Source: Magnetococcales bacterium DC0425bin3 (GTDB lineage: Bacteria > Pseudomonadota > Magnetococcia > Magnetococcales > DC0425bin3). Taken from it: DNA of 64,000 nucleotides. Location: positions 10,159 through 74,158 of the forward strand of contig PEAP01000005.1 in assembly GCA_002753665.1 (NCBI GenBank), written 5' to 3'. Below the pieces are notes generated by a model. That model was not told the origin of the DNA. It did no database searches and saw only the letters and a list, made by a program, of their open reading frames with translations. Position 1 is the stretch's first letter. Each line of letters begins with the position of its first letter. Made by a program: the position numbers and the translations under genes. This document shows, piece after piece, positions 9,543 to 18,800 of the stretch.

Positions 9543-9560
9543 CAAAGGAGTCTGCGAGTC

Positions 9561-12401
9561 ATGGATTACAAGACCACCGTGCATCTTCCCCAGACCCCGT
9601 TTCCCATGCGGGCCGGCCTGCCCCAGAAGGAACCGGAGGTCCTGGCCCGCTGGGATCGGCTGGATCTGTACCGGTTGCAGCGCCAGGCCGCCCGGGGGCG
9701 GGAGCCCTTCATTCTCCACGACGGCCCCCCCTACGCCAACGGCGATCTGCACATGGGGCATGCCATCAACAAGGTCCTCAAGGACGTGATCGTCCGCTCC
9801 CGGCAGATGATGGGGATGGATGCCAACTACGTCCCCGGCTGGGACTGCCACGGTCTGCCCATCGAGACCAAGGTGGAGCAGGAGTTCAAGAAGAAGGGGC
9901 TGGACAAGGGCCGCATGGATCCGGTCACCTTTCGCCAGGAATGCCGCCGCTTCGCCGCCGGCTGGGTGGACCGCCAGCGGGAGCAGTTCCAGAGGTTGGG
10001 CGTGGGCGGGGACTGGCGCAACCCCTACCTCACCATGGACTTCCGCTTCGAGGCCGACACCGTGCGGGAGCTGGGCCGGTTCCTGGCCAACGGCGGGCTG
10101 TTCAAGGGTCTGAAGCCGGTCTACTGGTGCCCCCACGACGTGACCGCCCTGGCCGAGGCCGAGGTAGAATACCAGGATCATGTCTCCACCGCCATTTACG
10201 TCAAGTTCCCGGTCGCCCAGGATGAGGATCTGGCCGGAATCGATCCGGCCCTGGCCGGGGACCAGGTGTCGGTGGTGATCTGGACCACCACCCCCTGGAC
10301 CATTCCGGCCAACCTGGCGGTGGCCCTCAATCCCGAGTTCACCTATGTGGCGCTGCGCATCCACGACCCCCGGGGCAACCCCGGCCTGGGGGCCGGCGAG
10401 GTGCTGATCCTGGCCGAAGGGCTGTGGGAGCCGGTCACCGCCGCCCTGGGACTGGGGGTGACGGATGCCGAGATCCAGGGGCGCTTTCCGGGGCGGAGCC
10501 TGGAGCGCAAACGCTTCCGCCATCCCTACCTGGAGCAGGACGCGCCCATCGTGCTGGGGTCCCATGTGACCCTGGAGGCGGGCACCGGCTGCGTCCACAT
10601 CGCCCCGGGCCATGGTCAGGACGACCATGTGGTGGGCAGCCGCTACGGCCTGGCGGCGTTCAATCCGGTGGACGACCACGGCCGGTTCGTGGCCGGCACG
10701 CCGCACGTCGCCGGCCTGCATGTCGATCAGGCCAATCCGGCGGTGGTGGAGCTGTTGCGGGAGCGGGGCAAGCTGCTGGCCGCCGCTCCCCTGGAACACA
10801 GCTATCCCCACTGCTGGCGCTGCCACCGACCGGTGATCACCCGGGCCACGCCCCAATGGTTCATCGCCATGGAGACCAACGGCCTGCGGGACCGGGCGTT
10901 GGCCGCGATCCGGGCCACCCGCTGGATCCCCGACTGGGGCGAGGGGCGCATCTACAACATGGTGGCCCGGCGGCCCGACTGGTGCGTGTCCCGCCAGCGC
11001 AACTGGGGAGTGCCGATCACGGTCATTACCTGCGCCGCCTGCGGAGAGAATGTCACCGGTCCCGGGGTGGTGGAGACCATCGCCCAGGCGGTGGAACAGG
11101 CCGGGGCCGATGTCTGGTTCCAGAAGACGGCGGCGGAGTTTCTGCCTCCCGGATTCCGCTGCCCCCGCTGCGGGGCCGGGGAGTTCGCCAAAGAGAGCGA
11201 CATCCTGGATGTCTGGTTCGATTCCGGCGTCACCCATGCCGCGGTGCTGGAGCGGCGGGATGATCTGCGCTGGCCGGCGGATCTCTACCTGGAGGGTTCG
11301 GACCAGCATCGGGGCTGGTTCCATTCCAGCCTGCTGACATCGGTGGGAACCCGGGGGGTGGCGCCCTACCGGGCCGTGCTGACCCATGGTTTCGTGGTGG
11401 ACGGCAAGGGGCGCAAGATGTCCAAGTCGTTGGGCAACGTCATCGCCCCGGACAAGGTGATCAAGCAGTACGGCGCCGACATCCTGCGCCTGTGGGTCAC
11501 CGCCGAGGACTATGCCGCCGACATCCGCATCAGCGATGAGATCCTGAAGGGCCTGTCCGACGCCTACCGGCGCATCCGCAACACCATTCGCTTCCTCCTG
11601 GGCAATCTGGCCGGGTTCGATCCCGGCGCCGGCCGGGTGCCCTGGGCCGAGCTGCCCGGTCTGGACCGCTGGGCCCTGCACCGTCTGGCCCAGCTGATCG
11701 ATCAGGTGGAGACGGCCTATCGGCAGTATGATTTCCATCGGGTCTACCAGGATCTGCATTATTTCTGTGCCATGGATCTGGGGGCGTTCTACCTGGATAT
11801 CCTCAAGGACCGGCTGTACTGCGAAGGGGCCACCGCCCCGGCCCGCCGGGCGGCCCAGACCGTACTCCACGAGATTCTGGAAGCCCTGGTGCGGCTGATG
11901 GCGCCCATCCTGGTCTTCACCGCCGAAGAGGTATGGCAGCACATGGACCGGCGGGAGGCACCCTCGGTCCACCTGGCCGACCTGCCCCGGCCGCGGCCCG
12001 AGTGGCTGGACGAGGAGCTGGAGCAGCGCTGGGAGCGCTTCCGCGCGATCCGCGCCGGGGTGTATCGCCAACTGGAACAGGACCGCAACGCCAAGCGCAT
12101 CGGCTCGTTCATGGAGGCCACCGTCATCCTGTGGGCCGATCCGCCGACGCTGGCTTTTCTGGCCGGGTTCGACGATCTGTTCCGCCTGCTCATCGTGGCC
12201 GAGGTGACCGTGGCCCCGCTGGCCAGCTCCCCGCCCACGGCGGTGCAGCTGGAGGAGGAAGCGGGCCTGAGGGTGCAGACCGGCCAGGCCAGCGGGGCCA
12301 AATGCGAGCGTTGCTGGAACCGTGATCCCCGGGTGGGGCAGTTCGCCGATCATCCCCAGCTCTGTCCCCGCTGCCGGGATGTGGTGGGGTCGGCGGCATG
12401 A
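9561..12401 (+). CDS. ileS: Isoleucine--tRNA ligase
   Basis: A HIGH-type motif (GDLHMGHAINK), a KMSKS motif (RKMSKSLGN) and a C-terminal zinc-finger CxxC pair are present. ATG 9561 is preferred, because the track start at 9507 lies inside a repeat copy. Confidence 0.95.
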   Translation: MDYKTTVHLPQTPFPMRAGLPQKEPEVLARWDRLDLYRLQRQAARGREPFILHDGPPYANGDLHMGHAINKVLKDVIVRSRQMMGMDANYVPGWDCHGLPIETKVEQEFKKKGLDKGRMDPVTFRQECRRFAAGWVDRQREQFQRLGVGGDWRNPYLTMDFRFEADTVRELGRFLANGGLFKGLKPVYWCPHDVTALAEAEVEYQDHVSTAIYVKFPVAQDEDLAGIDPALAGDQVSVVIWTTTPWTIPANLAVALNPEFTYVALRIHDPRGNPGLGAGEVLILAEGLWEPVTAALGLGVTDAEIQGRFPGRSLERKRFRHPYLEQDAPIVLGSHVTLEAGTGCVHIAPGHGQDDHVVGSRYGLAAFNPVDDHGRFVAGTPHVAGLHVDQANPAVVELLRERGKLLAAAPLEHSYPHCWRCHRPVITRATPQWFIAMETNGLRDRALAAIRATRWIPDWGEGRIYNMVARRPDWCVSRQRNWGVPITVITCAACGENVTGPGVVETIAQAVEQAGADVWFQKTAAEFLPPGFRCPRCGAGEFAKESDILDVWFDSGVTHAAVLERRDDLRWPADLYLEGSDQHRGWFHSSLLTSVGTRGVAPYRAVLTHGFVVDGKGRKMSKSLGNVIAPDKVIKQYGADILRLWVTAEDYAADIRISDEILKGLSDAYRRIRNTIRFLLGNLAGFDPGAGRVPWAELPGLDRWALHRLAQLIDQVETAYRQYDFHRVYQDLHYFCAMDLGAFYLDILKDRLYCEGATAPARRAAQTVLHEILEALVRLMAPILVFTAEEVWQHMDRREAPSVHLADLPRPRPEWLDEELEQRWERFRAIRAGVYRQLEQDRNAKRIGSFMEATVILWADPPTLAFLAGFDDLFRLLIVAEVTVAPLASSPPTAVQLEEEAGLRVQTGQASGAKCERCWNRDPRVGQFADHPQLCPRCRDVVGSAA

Positions 12402-12868
12402 TGCGCTTCGGACTGCTGCTGGCCAGCGGGGTGGTGGTGCTGGACCAGGCCAGCAAATGGCTGGCGCTGCGGATGCTGGCGGACGGGCCGGTGATCCTGC
12501 TGCCGGGGTTCTTCGATTTCGTGCTGGTCCACAACCTGGGCGCCGCCTTCGGGCTGTTCACCAACCTGCCGGCCACCTGGCGCGTGGCGCTGCTGGCCGG
12601 GGTGGCGCTGGCGGCCATGGCGCTGCTGATCCATTTCCTGCGCCACAGCCACACCGCCTGGAACGCCGTGGCCCTGGGTCTGGTGCTGGGGGGCGCGGTG
12701 GGCAATCTGGTGGATCGCATCCGCTGGGGCTGGGTGGTGGACTTTATCCATGTCCACTGGCATGATCTGTCCTGGCCGGTGTTCAATATCGCCGACAGCG
12801 GCATTTCGGTGGGCATCACCATGCTGCTGTGGGACAGCCTGCGCAATTCCGGAGACGCCACATCATGA
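12398..12868 (+). CDS. lspA: Lipoprotein signal peptidase (signal peptidase II)
   Basis: 156 aa. It has VVLDQASKWLA and FNIADSGISVG motifs and overlaps the ileS stop by 4 nt. Confidence 0.92.
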   Translation: MMRFGLLLASGVVVLDQASKWLALRMLADGPVILLPGFFDFVLVHNLGAAFGLFTNLPATWRVALLAGVALAAMALLIHFLRHSHTAWNAVALGLVLGGAVGNLVDRIRWGWVVDFIHVHWHDLSWPVFNIADSGISVGITMLLWDSLRNSGDATS

Positions 12869-13248
12869 AAGGACGCACCCTGCTCGCCATGACGGCCCTG
12901 CTGCTGACCGGCTGTTCCAGCACCTTCCAGATGCCTTGGGAGGACGATCTGCTGGATCCCCGGCGGGTCGCCACCCGGGAACCTCTGGAAATACCACCGG
13001 ATCTCCATGTGCTGCCGCCGGTGGCGTCCCAGGCGCCGGTGCGGGTCCAGCCCCGGACCGACGACCGGACGGTCGCCAGCGGTCCGCTGGAGAGCGCCGG
13101 TTCCATCCTGTTCGGGATGCCGCCAGCCGAACGGGTCGATCCCCTGGACCGTACCCGCCGGGAGGAACTGCCCGACTGGCTGGGCGGGGAGGGCGATCCA
13201 TCCAACTTCGATGGAGGGGGGAAACCTCCCTCCACCCTCCACCGATGA
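12865..13248 (+). CDS. Small lipoprotein whose C-terminal codons and stop are supplied by a repeat copy
   Basis: MKGRTLLAMTALLLTGCSS contains a lipobox (LTGC). ATG 12865 overlaps the lspA stop. The last ~14 codons (..FDGGGKPPSTLHR*) lie inside repeat copy d. Confidence 0.7.
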   Translation: MKGRTLLAMTALLLTGCSSTFQMPWEDDLLDPRRVATREPLEIPPDLHVLPPVASQAPVRVQPRTDDRTVASGPLESAGSILFGMPPAERVDPLDRTRREELPDWLGGEGDPSNFDGGGKPPSTLHR

Positions 13249-13258
13249 CAGCCGGTGT
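13207..13258 (+). repeat. BPR copy d (5' part intact, 3' hairpin replaced)
   Basis: TTCGATGGAGGGGGGAAACCTCCCTCCACCCTCCACCGATGACAGCCG.. It supplies the C-terminus and stop of the lipoprotein gene. Confidence 0.75.
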
Positions 13259-13340
13259 GGCCATGAGACGGGTTCTGTTGTGGAGCGTCGTGGCGCTGTT
13301 TATGTCAGCGCCAACGTTAGCGTTTACTGAGACGACTGCT

Positions 13341-13398
13341 GAGGGAAGCCTCCCTCCCCCCCCCCACCGATGACAGCCGTGACACGACTTCCACGGTA
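13341..13398 (+). repeat. BPR copy e (5' part missing, C10 tract, 3' end intact)
   Basis: GAGGGAAGCCTCCCT-C10-ACCGATGACAGCCGTGACACGACTTCCACGGTA. It shares a ~30-nt core with copy d. Confidence 0.75.
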
Positions 13399-13440
13399 TC
13401 CCCCGACCTGGAGGCCCGTGAGTTCACCCTGGCCAACGGC

Positions 13441-14715
13441 TTGCACGCCATCCTGGTGCGGGAGGGCAAGGCGCCGGTGGTGGTCACCCATGTCTGGTAC
13501 CGGGTGGGGGCCATCGACGAGGAGTCGGGGCAGAGCGGCCTGGCCCACATGCTGGAGCATATGATGTTCCAGGGCACCGCCACGGTGCCGCCCGGGGAAT
13601 TCAGTCGTCTCATCGCCCGCAACGGTGGCGACGACAACGCCTCCACCAGCCACGATTTCACCAACTATCACATCAATCTCGGCGCCGACCGGCTGGATCT
13701 GGCCATGGGGCTGGAGGCCGACCGCATGCGCAAGCTGGTGCTGGCGGACGAGGAGTTCCAGTCGGAAAATCTGGTGGTGCGGGAGGAACGCCGCAGCCGG
13801 GTCGAGGCCAAGCCCGACGCCCGCATGCTGGAGCGGTATCGCGCCGTGGCCCATGGCCGCCACCCCTATGGCCGTCCGGTCATCGGCTGGATGGACGACA
13901 TCGAACGGCATTCGGTGGCGGCCCTGGAGGCGTTCTACCGGCGCCATTACGCCCCCAACAACGCCGTGCTGGTGGTGGTGGGGGATTTGGACCTGGACGG
14001 CGCCACGGCATTGGTGGAGAAGCATTTCGGTCCCCTGACCAGCCCGGGGGCGATCCAGCGTCGGGCGCCGCCGGCGGCCGATCCCATCACCACGCCGCTG
14101 CATTTCCAGGTGAGCGATCCCGAGGCCAAGCTGCCGTTCTGGCAGGTGGGCTATCGGGTGCCCACCCTGGCCGATGCCGCCGCCGGGGAGGATCCGCTGG
14201 TGCTGGATGTGTTGTCGTCCCTGTTGACCGGCGGGCTGTCCAGTCGTTTGCACAAACGGTTGGTGGTAACGGATCGGCTGGCGGTGGCGGTGGATGCCGA
14301 CTATGCCGCCCTGGCGCGCCATGACACCCTGTTCGGCATTGCCGTGACCCACGCCGCCGATGTGCAGCCCCGGCGGGTGGAGCGGGCGGTTCTGGAAGAG
14401 CTGGACCGTCTGGCCCGGGAGCCGGTGGGGGAGCGGGAACTGCAGAAGGTCAAGAACGGGTTGGTGGCCGGGGCGGTATTCGAGCGGGATTCGGTGGACA
14501 GCCTGGCCTGGACCATCGGCCGGGCGGTGACCAGCGGCGTGCCCTGGCGCTCGGTGCTGGTGGAGTATCCGGCGCGGGTCCGGGCGGTGAGCGCCGGGGA
14601 TGTGCAGCGGGTGGCGGCGAAATATTTCCAACCCAAAGCCCGGGTGGTGGGGCTGCTGGCCACGGCGGATGACCAGGGAACCGGGGCCGCCGCCGGTGGG
14701 GAGGCCAAACCGTGA
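13441..14715 (+). CDS. M16 family zinc peptidase (catalytic subunit), apparently detached from its signal peptide by a +1 frameshift
   Basis: It has the HxxEH motif (HMLEH) and an M16 fold pattern. The track start is a TTG with no signal peptide. A signal-peptide ORF (ATG 13263, MRRVLLWSVVALFMSAPTLA) lies upstream in another frame (see finding). Confidence 0.8.
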   Translation: MHAILVREGKAPVVVTHVWYRVGAIDEESGQSGLAHMLEHMMFQGTATVPPGEFSRLIARNGGDDNASTSHDFTNYHINLGADRLDLAMGLEADRMRKLVLADEEFQSENLVVREERRSRVEAKPDARMLERYRAVAHGRHPYGRPVIGWMDDIERHSVAALEAFYRRHYAPNNAVLVVVGDLDLDGATALVEKHFGPLTSPGAIQRRAPPAADPITTPLHFQVSDPEAKLPFWQVGYRVPTLADAAAGEDPLVLDVLSSLLTGGLSSRLHKRLVVTDRLAVAVDADYAALARHDTLFGIAVTHAADVQPRRVERAVLEELDRLAREPVGERELQKVKNGLVAGAVFERDSVDSLAWTIGRAVTSGVPWRSVLVEYPARVRAVSAGDVQRVAAKYFQPKARVVGLLATADDQGTGAAAGGEAKP

Positions 14716-16031
14716 GGCGTTGGTGGCTGATGCTGCTGGGTCTGTTGTGGCCGCTGGTCGCTTCCGTCCAGGGCGCGGAACGCTATCCGGTGGAGCGCTT
14801 CGTTACCGGTAACGGGATGACCGTGCTGCTGGTGGAGAATCATGCCAACCCCATGGTGGAGGTGCGGCTGTTGATCCGGGCCGGCAGCGTGCTGGATCCG
14901 CCGGACCGGGGAGGAGTGGCGTCCCTGGCGGCCTGGATGTTCAACGAGGGGGCCGGGGATCTGGACGCGGCGGCCTTTCAGGAGCTGCTGGATTTCCATG
15001 GCATCGAGCTGTCCGCCGCCGTCGATCGGGAGAGCTTCGGGGTCGATCTCACCACCCTGACCGAGTCCCTGGACGAGGCGTTCCGGTTGCTGGGCCTGGC
15101 CCTGCAGGCGCCGCGTTTCGATGGGGAGCCGTTCCAGCGGGCCATCGACGAGCATCGGGCGCGGCTGGAAAAGGACCAGGAAAAGCCCGATGTGCGGGCC
15201 AGTCAGGCCCTGTACCGGGAGGTGTTCCGGGGGCATCCCTATGCCCGCCCGGTGGATCCCACCGCGGAGAGCCTGCCCAATCTGACGGCGGCCGATCTGG
15301 CGGCGTTCCGGGCCCGGTATTTCCGGGCGCCGGACATGGTGCTGGCGGTGGCCGGGGATTTGACCCTGGAACGCCTGCGGACCCTGGTCGAGACCCATCT
15401 GGGCGGCCTGGATGCCCGGCCCGCCCACCGGCTCGCGCTGCCCGAGGCCGATCCCCGGCCGCCCGCGCCCCGCCTGCACATCCCCATGACCATCAATCAG
15501 ACCACGATCCGCCTGGGCCGGGTGGGGATCAGCCGCCAGGATCCGGATTATTACGTGCTGACGGTCCTCAACCACATCCTGGGCGGGGGCTTTGCCAGCC
15601 GGCTGTACGAGGAGATCCGGGAGAAACAGGGGTTGGCCTATTCGGTGTATTCGCATTTTTCGCCCCTGGCGGCCCGGGGACCGCTGGTGGTGGGGATGCG
15701 CACCAAGAACAGCTCGGTGGAGCAGGCGCTGGAGCTGCTGCGCCGGGAGCTGGCCCGGATCGCCGCCGACGGGGTGACGGAGCAGGAATTGCAGGACGCC
15801 CGCCTGTATCTCACCGGGTCCTTTCCCCTGCGCCTGGACGGCCTGGACAAACTGGCCGCCACCTGGGCCGCCATCGCCTTCCATGACCGCGGCTGGGACT
15901 ACCTGGAACGCTGGCCCGAGCGGATCCAGGCCGTAACCCGGGACGACCTGTCCCGCACCGCCCGCCGCCTGCTGCAACCGGACGGCTTTTCCGTGGTGAC
16001 CGCCGGGGGGGAGGAATCCGCCACGCCGTGA
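14712..16031 (+). CDS. M16 family peptidase, non-catalytic-type partner subunit
   Basis: 439 aa with a signal peptide (MRRWWLMLLGLLWPLVASVQG). The layout is M16-like but lacks HxxEH. It overlaps the upstream M16 gene by 4 nt. Confidence 0.8.
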   Translation: MRRWWLMLLGLLWPLVASVQGAERYPVERFVTGNGMTVLLVENHANPMVEVRLLIRAGSVLDPPDRGGVASLAAWMFNEGAGDLDAAAFQELLDFHGIELSAAVDRESFGVDLTTLTESLDEAFRLLGLALQAPRFDGEPFQRAIDEHRARLEKDQEKPDVRASQALYREVFRGHPYARPVDPTAESLPNLTAADLAAFRARYFRAPDMVLAVAGDLTLERLRTLVETHLGGLDARPAHRLALPEADPRPPAPRLHIPMTINQTTIRLGRVGISRQDPDYYVLTVLNHILGGGFASRLYEEIREKQGLAYSVYSHFSPLAARGPLVVGMRTKNSSVEQALELLRRELARIAADGVTEQELQDARLYLTGSFPLRLDGLDKLAATWAAIAFHDRGWDYLERWPERIQAVTRDDLSRTARRLLQPDGFSVVTAGGEESATP

Positions 16032-16115
16032 GGATTGTCGTGGCAATGACAGCAAGATCCTGTAGCTGTTTTTAGCATTCGGTTGGTGATTGTTTCAGTG
16101 TTGTTTGGCATCTTG

Positions 16116-16185
16116 TTACCGTGGAAGCCGGAAACCGGATTTCAGCGGAGGGGGGTGGAGGGAGGCTTCCCCCATCCATCGAAAG
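16116..16185 (-). repeat. BPR copy f (complete)
   Basis: TTACCGTGGAAGCCGGAAACCGGATTTCAGCGGAGGGGGGTGGAGGGAGGCTTCCCCCATCCATCGAAAG, ending 16 nt before ATG 16202. Confidence 0.85.
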
Positions 16186-16201
16186 TTAGTATCATCAACC
16201 C

Positions 16202-18094
16202 ATGAGCAGGATCGAAAAGACGCTCGATCGGATGCGGAACAATCCCAATGGTTTGCGGATTGATTCCTTGAAGTCCGTCGCGTCCCACCATGGGATCGAG
16301 TGGCGTCAAAAGGGCACCAGCCATGTGGTCTTTTTACGCACCGATGGGCGAGTCTTGCCTGTCCCGGCTTACAGCGCGATCAACCGGAACCCCAATCCGG
16401 AAACATTTCCGGTAACCCGGGTTCCAAAATCTCTTCAAGAACTGCAATCGATTTTCGGCGAAGAGTGCCAGGGCGAGACCGCGGAAGACTGTGCCCGAAC
16501 CTCTCTGCGTGAGTTCGTGCGCCATGCCGATCGCCTGGAACCGGCCACCGCAGCCCAGGGCGGTCATCGATTGACCGCGTGGGAGGCCTTGTCGAGCTTT
16601 GGCATTCGAATACTTGAAGAGATCTCAAAAAACGGCCTGTTTCGGATCGAAGACTCCCAGGACGTCCTTGCCCGAACCCTGAATGAGCGCATGGCTCTGC
16701 TCGGCTTGAGCGTCGCAGATCTGGCCAGGCACCTGGGCAGGACCCCAGCACTGGTCGAGCAGGCTCTGTCAGGAAACGTCATTCCGGACCATGATTTTAT
16801 TCTGAGCGCCGCCCAGGCTCTGGCTTTGGATGAAACGAAAATCGGTTTTTCTGCTGATACCGGAAATGTTTCCGGATTGGGGTTCCGGTTGCGGGAGTTG
16901 GCGTTCGCTCCGACGCCACTTCGTCCCAGGACGGTTCTGGCCCTCGGCGATGCCGGATGGCTGGCCGGAAAGCAGGGACAATTGGAACGTTGGCTCGCCG
17001 GGACCGAGGCCAGGCCAATCTCCGAACATTTCCAACCGGATCCCTTTTTCGGTGACCGGAACCGTCCAGCTTGGCGTTGTGGCTATGACCTCGCCGGCAG
17101 GACACGGGAAAAAATCGGACTCGATCCCGCTGCTCCCATTCCAAGCCTCCGGGACCTGATCGAAAACCAACTGCATATTCCCGTGATTTGTCTCGAACTG
17201 CCCCTCAAAATAGCGGGCGCCACGATTGCCAATGGCTCGTTCCGGGGAATCATCCTCAACATCCGCGGCCACAACGCAAACGAGTTCATCCGCCGGTCGA
17301 CCATGGCCCACGAGTTCGGCCACCTGCTGTGGGATCCCGATGAGCGTCTGTCGTTCCTGCGTGTCGATCTGTACGAGGACATTGCCCGAAACACGATCCG
17401 GATCAAGGATCCCGTCGAAGCCCGGGCCAATGCCTTCGCGGTGGAATTGTTGGCCCCGCAGAACGCCATGCTCGCCCTGTTCCGCCAGGAAAGCTCTCCA
17501 GAAGCCGGCCTCGGACGGGTCATGGGGCATTTCGGCATCAGTTCGACCAGTGCCCGGAATCATCTGATCAATGCCGCACGCCTCCGGGGCGAAGCCATCG
17601 CGATCGATGCTTCGATCAGAATTGACGCCAAACCAACGGACGAATGGAAAGCCCGGGAGTCCTTTACCCTGGATTGGTTTCCCCTGAAGGACACCCCGCC
17701 CCCCCGCCGGGGCCGGTTTGCCCTGCTGGTTGGACGGGCTTTTGCCGAAGGCCTGGTCTCCCTGGATTCGGCCTGCGCCATGCTGCGCTGCTCCCATGAT
17801 GAATTCTTGCATGGGCTCGACACCCTGTTCGATCTTTTCAACCATGCCGTGGACAGGACGCTTCCGGAGCGGCTCCGGAAAACGCCCAACGTTTGTGGTG
17901 GCGTCCCCTGCCTGGGCGCAACCCGGATTCCAGTCTGGATGCTGGAATATTGGCGTCGTTCCGGCGCCACGGCGGCAAATTTGAAAGAGTATTATCCGTC
18001 GCTGGACGATGAAGACCTGCAAAGCGCCTGGTCCTATGTGAGACACCATCGGGACGAAATCGAACGGCACATCCAGGAAAACGTCGCTGCCTGA
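16202..18094 (+). CDS. Multidomain protein: HicA-like N-terminus + XRE HTH + ImmA/IrrE (COG2856) metallopeptidase + C-terminal DUF433
   Basis: A single 630-aa ORF. Residues ~20-60 (LKSVASHHGIEWRQKGTSHVVFLRTDGRVLPVP) fit the HicA pattern. The HTH is LGLSVADLARHLGRTPALVEQALSG. The metallopeptidase shows HEFGH plus EARANAFAVELLAP. The C-terminus (CGGVPCLGATRIPVWMLEYW..YPSLDDEDLQSAWSY) is DUF433-like. Confidence 0.7.
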   Translation: MSRIEKTLDRMRNNPNGLRIDSLKSVASHHGIEWRQKGTSHVVFLRTDGRVLPVPAYSAINRNPNPETFPVTRVPKSLQELQSIFGEECQGETAEDCARTSLREFVRHADRLEPATAAQGGHRLTAWEALSSFGIRILEEISKNGLFRIEDSQDVLARTLNERMALLGLSVADLARHLGRTPALVEQALSGNVIPDHDFILSAAQALALDETKIGFSADTGNVSGLGFRLRELAFAPTPLRPRTVLALGDAGWLAGKQGQLERWLAGTEARPISEHFQPDPFFGDRNRPAWRCGYDLAGRTREKIGLDPAAPIPSLRDLIENQLHIPVICLELPLKIAGATIANGSFRGIILNIRGHNANEFIRRSTMAHEFGHLLWDPDERLSFLRVDLYEDIARNTIRIKDPVEARANAFAVELLAPQNAMLALFRQESSPEAGLGRVMGHFGISSTSARNHLINAARLRGEAIAIDASIRIDAKPTDEWKARESFTLDWFPLKDTPPPRRGRFALLVGRAFAEGLVSLDSACAMLRCSHDEFLHGLDTLFDLFNHAVDRTLPERLRKTPNVCGGVPCLGATRIPVWMLEYWRRSGATAANLKEYYPSLDDEDLQSAWSYVRHHRDEIERHIQENVAA

Positions 18095-18098
18095 TTCC

Positions 18099-18434
18099 AT
18101 GGTCACGTTCTATTCTAACGAAAACTTTCCCCGACCGGCCGTCAACGCCCTGAAGGAACTGGGATACGACGTGGTGACCAGTGTCGAGTCCGGCAACGCC
18201 AATCGAGGAATCCCCGACCAGGACGTGCTGACATACGCCACCAAAAACGCATGGGCCGTGTTGACCATGAATCGAAAAGATTTTATCAAGCTTCATGACG
18301 ATAATTCAAATCATCATGGAATCGTGGTTTGCCATGCCGACCCGGACTTCCCACGCCTGGCACAGCGCATCCATGCCACCATCCAGGGAATGAACAGTCT
18401 GGAAAGACAACTCGTGCGCATCCATCGCGATTGA
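18099..18434 (+). CDS. DUF5615 (PIN-like) protein, putative toxin partner of DUF433
   Basis: 111 aa, starting 4 nt after the upstream stop. FYSNENFPRPAVNALKELGYDV..IPDQDVLTYATKNAWAVLTMNRKDF matches the DUF5615 pattern. Confidence 0.7.
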   Translation: MVTFYSNENFPRPAVNALKELGYDVVTSVESGNANRGIPDQDVLTYATKNAWAVLTMNRKDFIKLHDDNSNHHGIVVCHADPDFPRLAQRIHATIQGMNSLERQLVRIHRD

Positions 18435-18577
18435 ACGGATGCGCACTGGAGCATCGGGCAAACAATCCGGACCAGGACTTTCCCCACCCTGGGATCTGGC
18501 ATGTCCGGCCGACAGCAGCCACTTCGACTCCTCCATCGACCCTTGACCCGCCCCCCCCCTTTCTGTTAGCTGTGTCC

Positions 18578-18800
18578 CTGTTCCGGTCTGCCCAGTTCGG
18601 GCATCGCAAGAGGGAACCCGGTGCAAATCCGGGACTGACGCGCAGCGGTAACGGAGAACGAACGCCACAGGGTGCGCCAGGCGCGCACCAGGCACTGCCC
18701 AATCCCCCCCCCAGGGGCGGCGGGCGGGAAGCCGTGGCCTAGGCGCCGGGGAAGACGCTTTCCCGGCACGCTCCCAAGTCCGAAGACCTGCCGGAACGGG
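18578..18800 (+). promoter_or_regulatory. Cobalamin (AdoCbl) riboswitch
   Basis: The conserved core AGAGGGAACCCGGTGCAAATCCGGGACTGACGCGCAGCGGTAA is present. So are GCACTGCCC..GGGAAGCC and the B12 box AAGTCCGAAGACCTGCC. A P1 pairing is possible between GTTCCGG (18580-18586) and CCGGAAC (18791-18797). A 7-bp hairpin follows at 18800-18818. The element lies upstream of the cobalt-transport genes. Confidence 0.85.

Noticed and set aside
9507-9560. N-terminal extension of ileS (MAEGGGRRPPSIQRSLRV) offered by the ORF track
   Set aside because: The extension is simply repeat copy c read in frame. Canonical IleS begins at MDYKTT (ATG 9561).
8406-12353. 1315-aa minus-strand ORF antisense to ribF-ileS
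   Set aside because: It is antisense to two unmistakable housekeeping genes (HIGH/KMSKS motifs on the plus strand), and its product is a low-complexity Gly/Pro/His/Gln-rich sequence.
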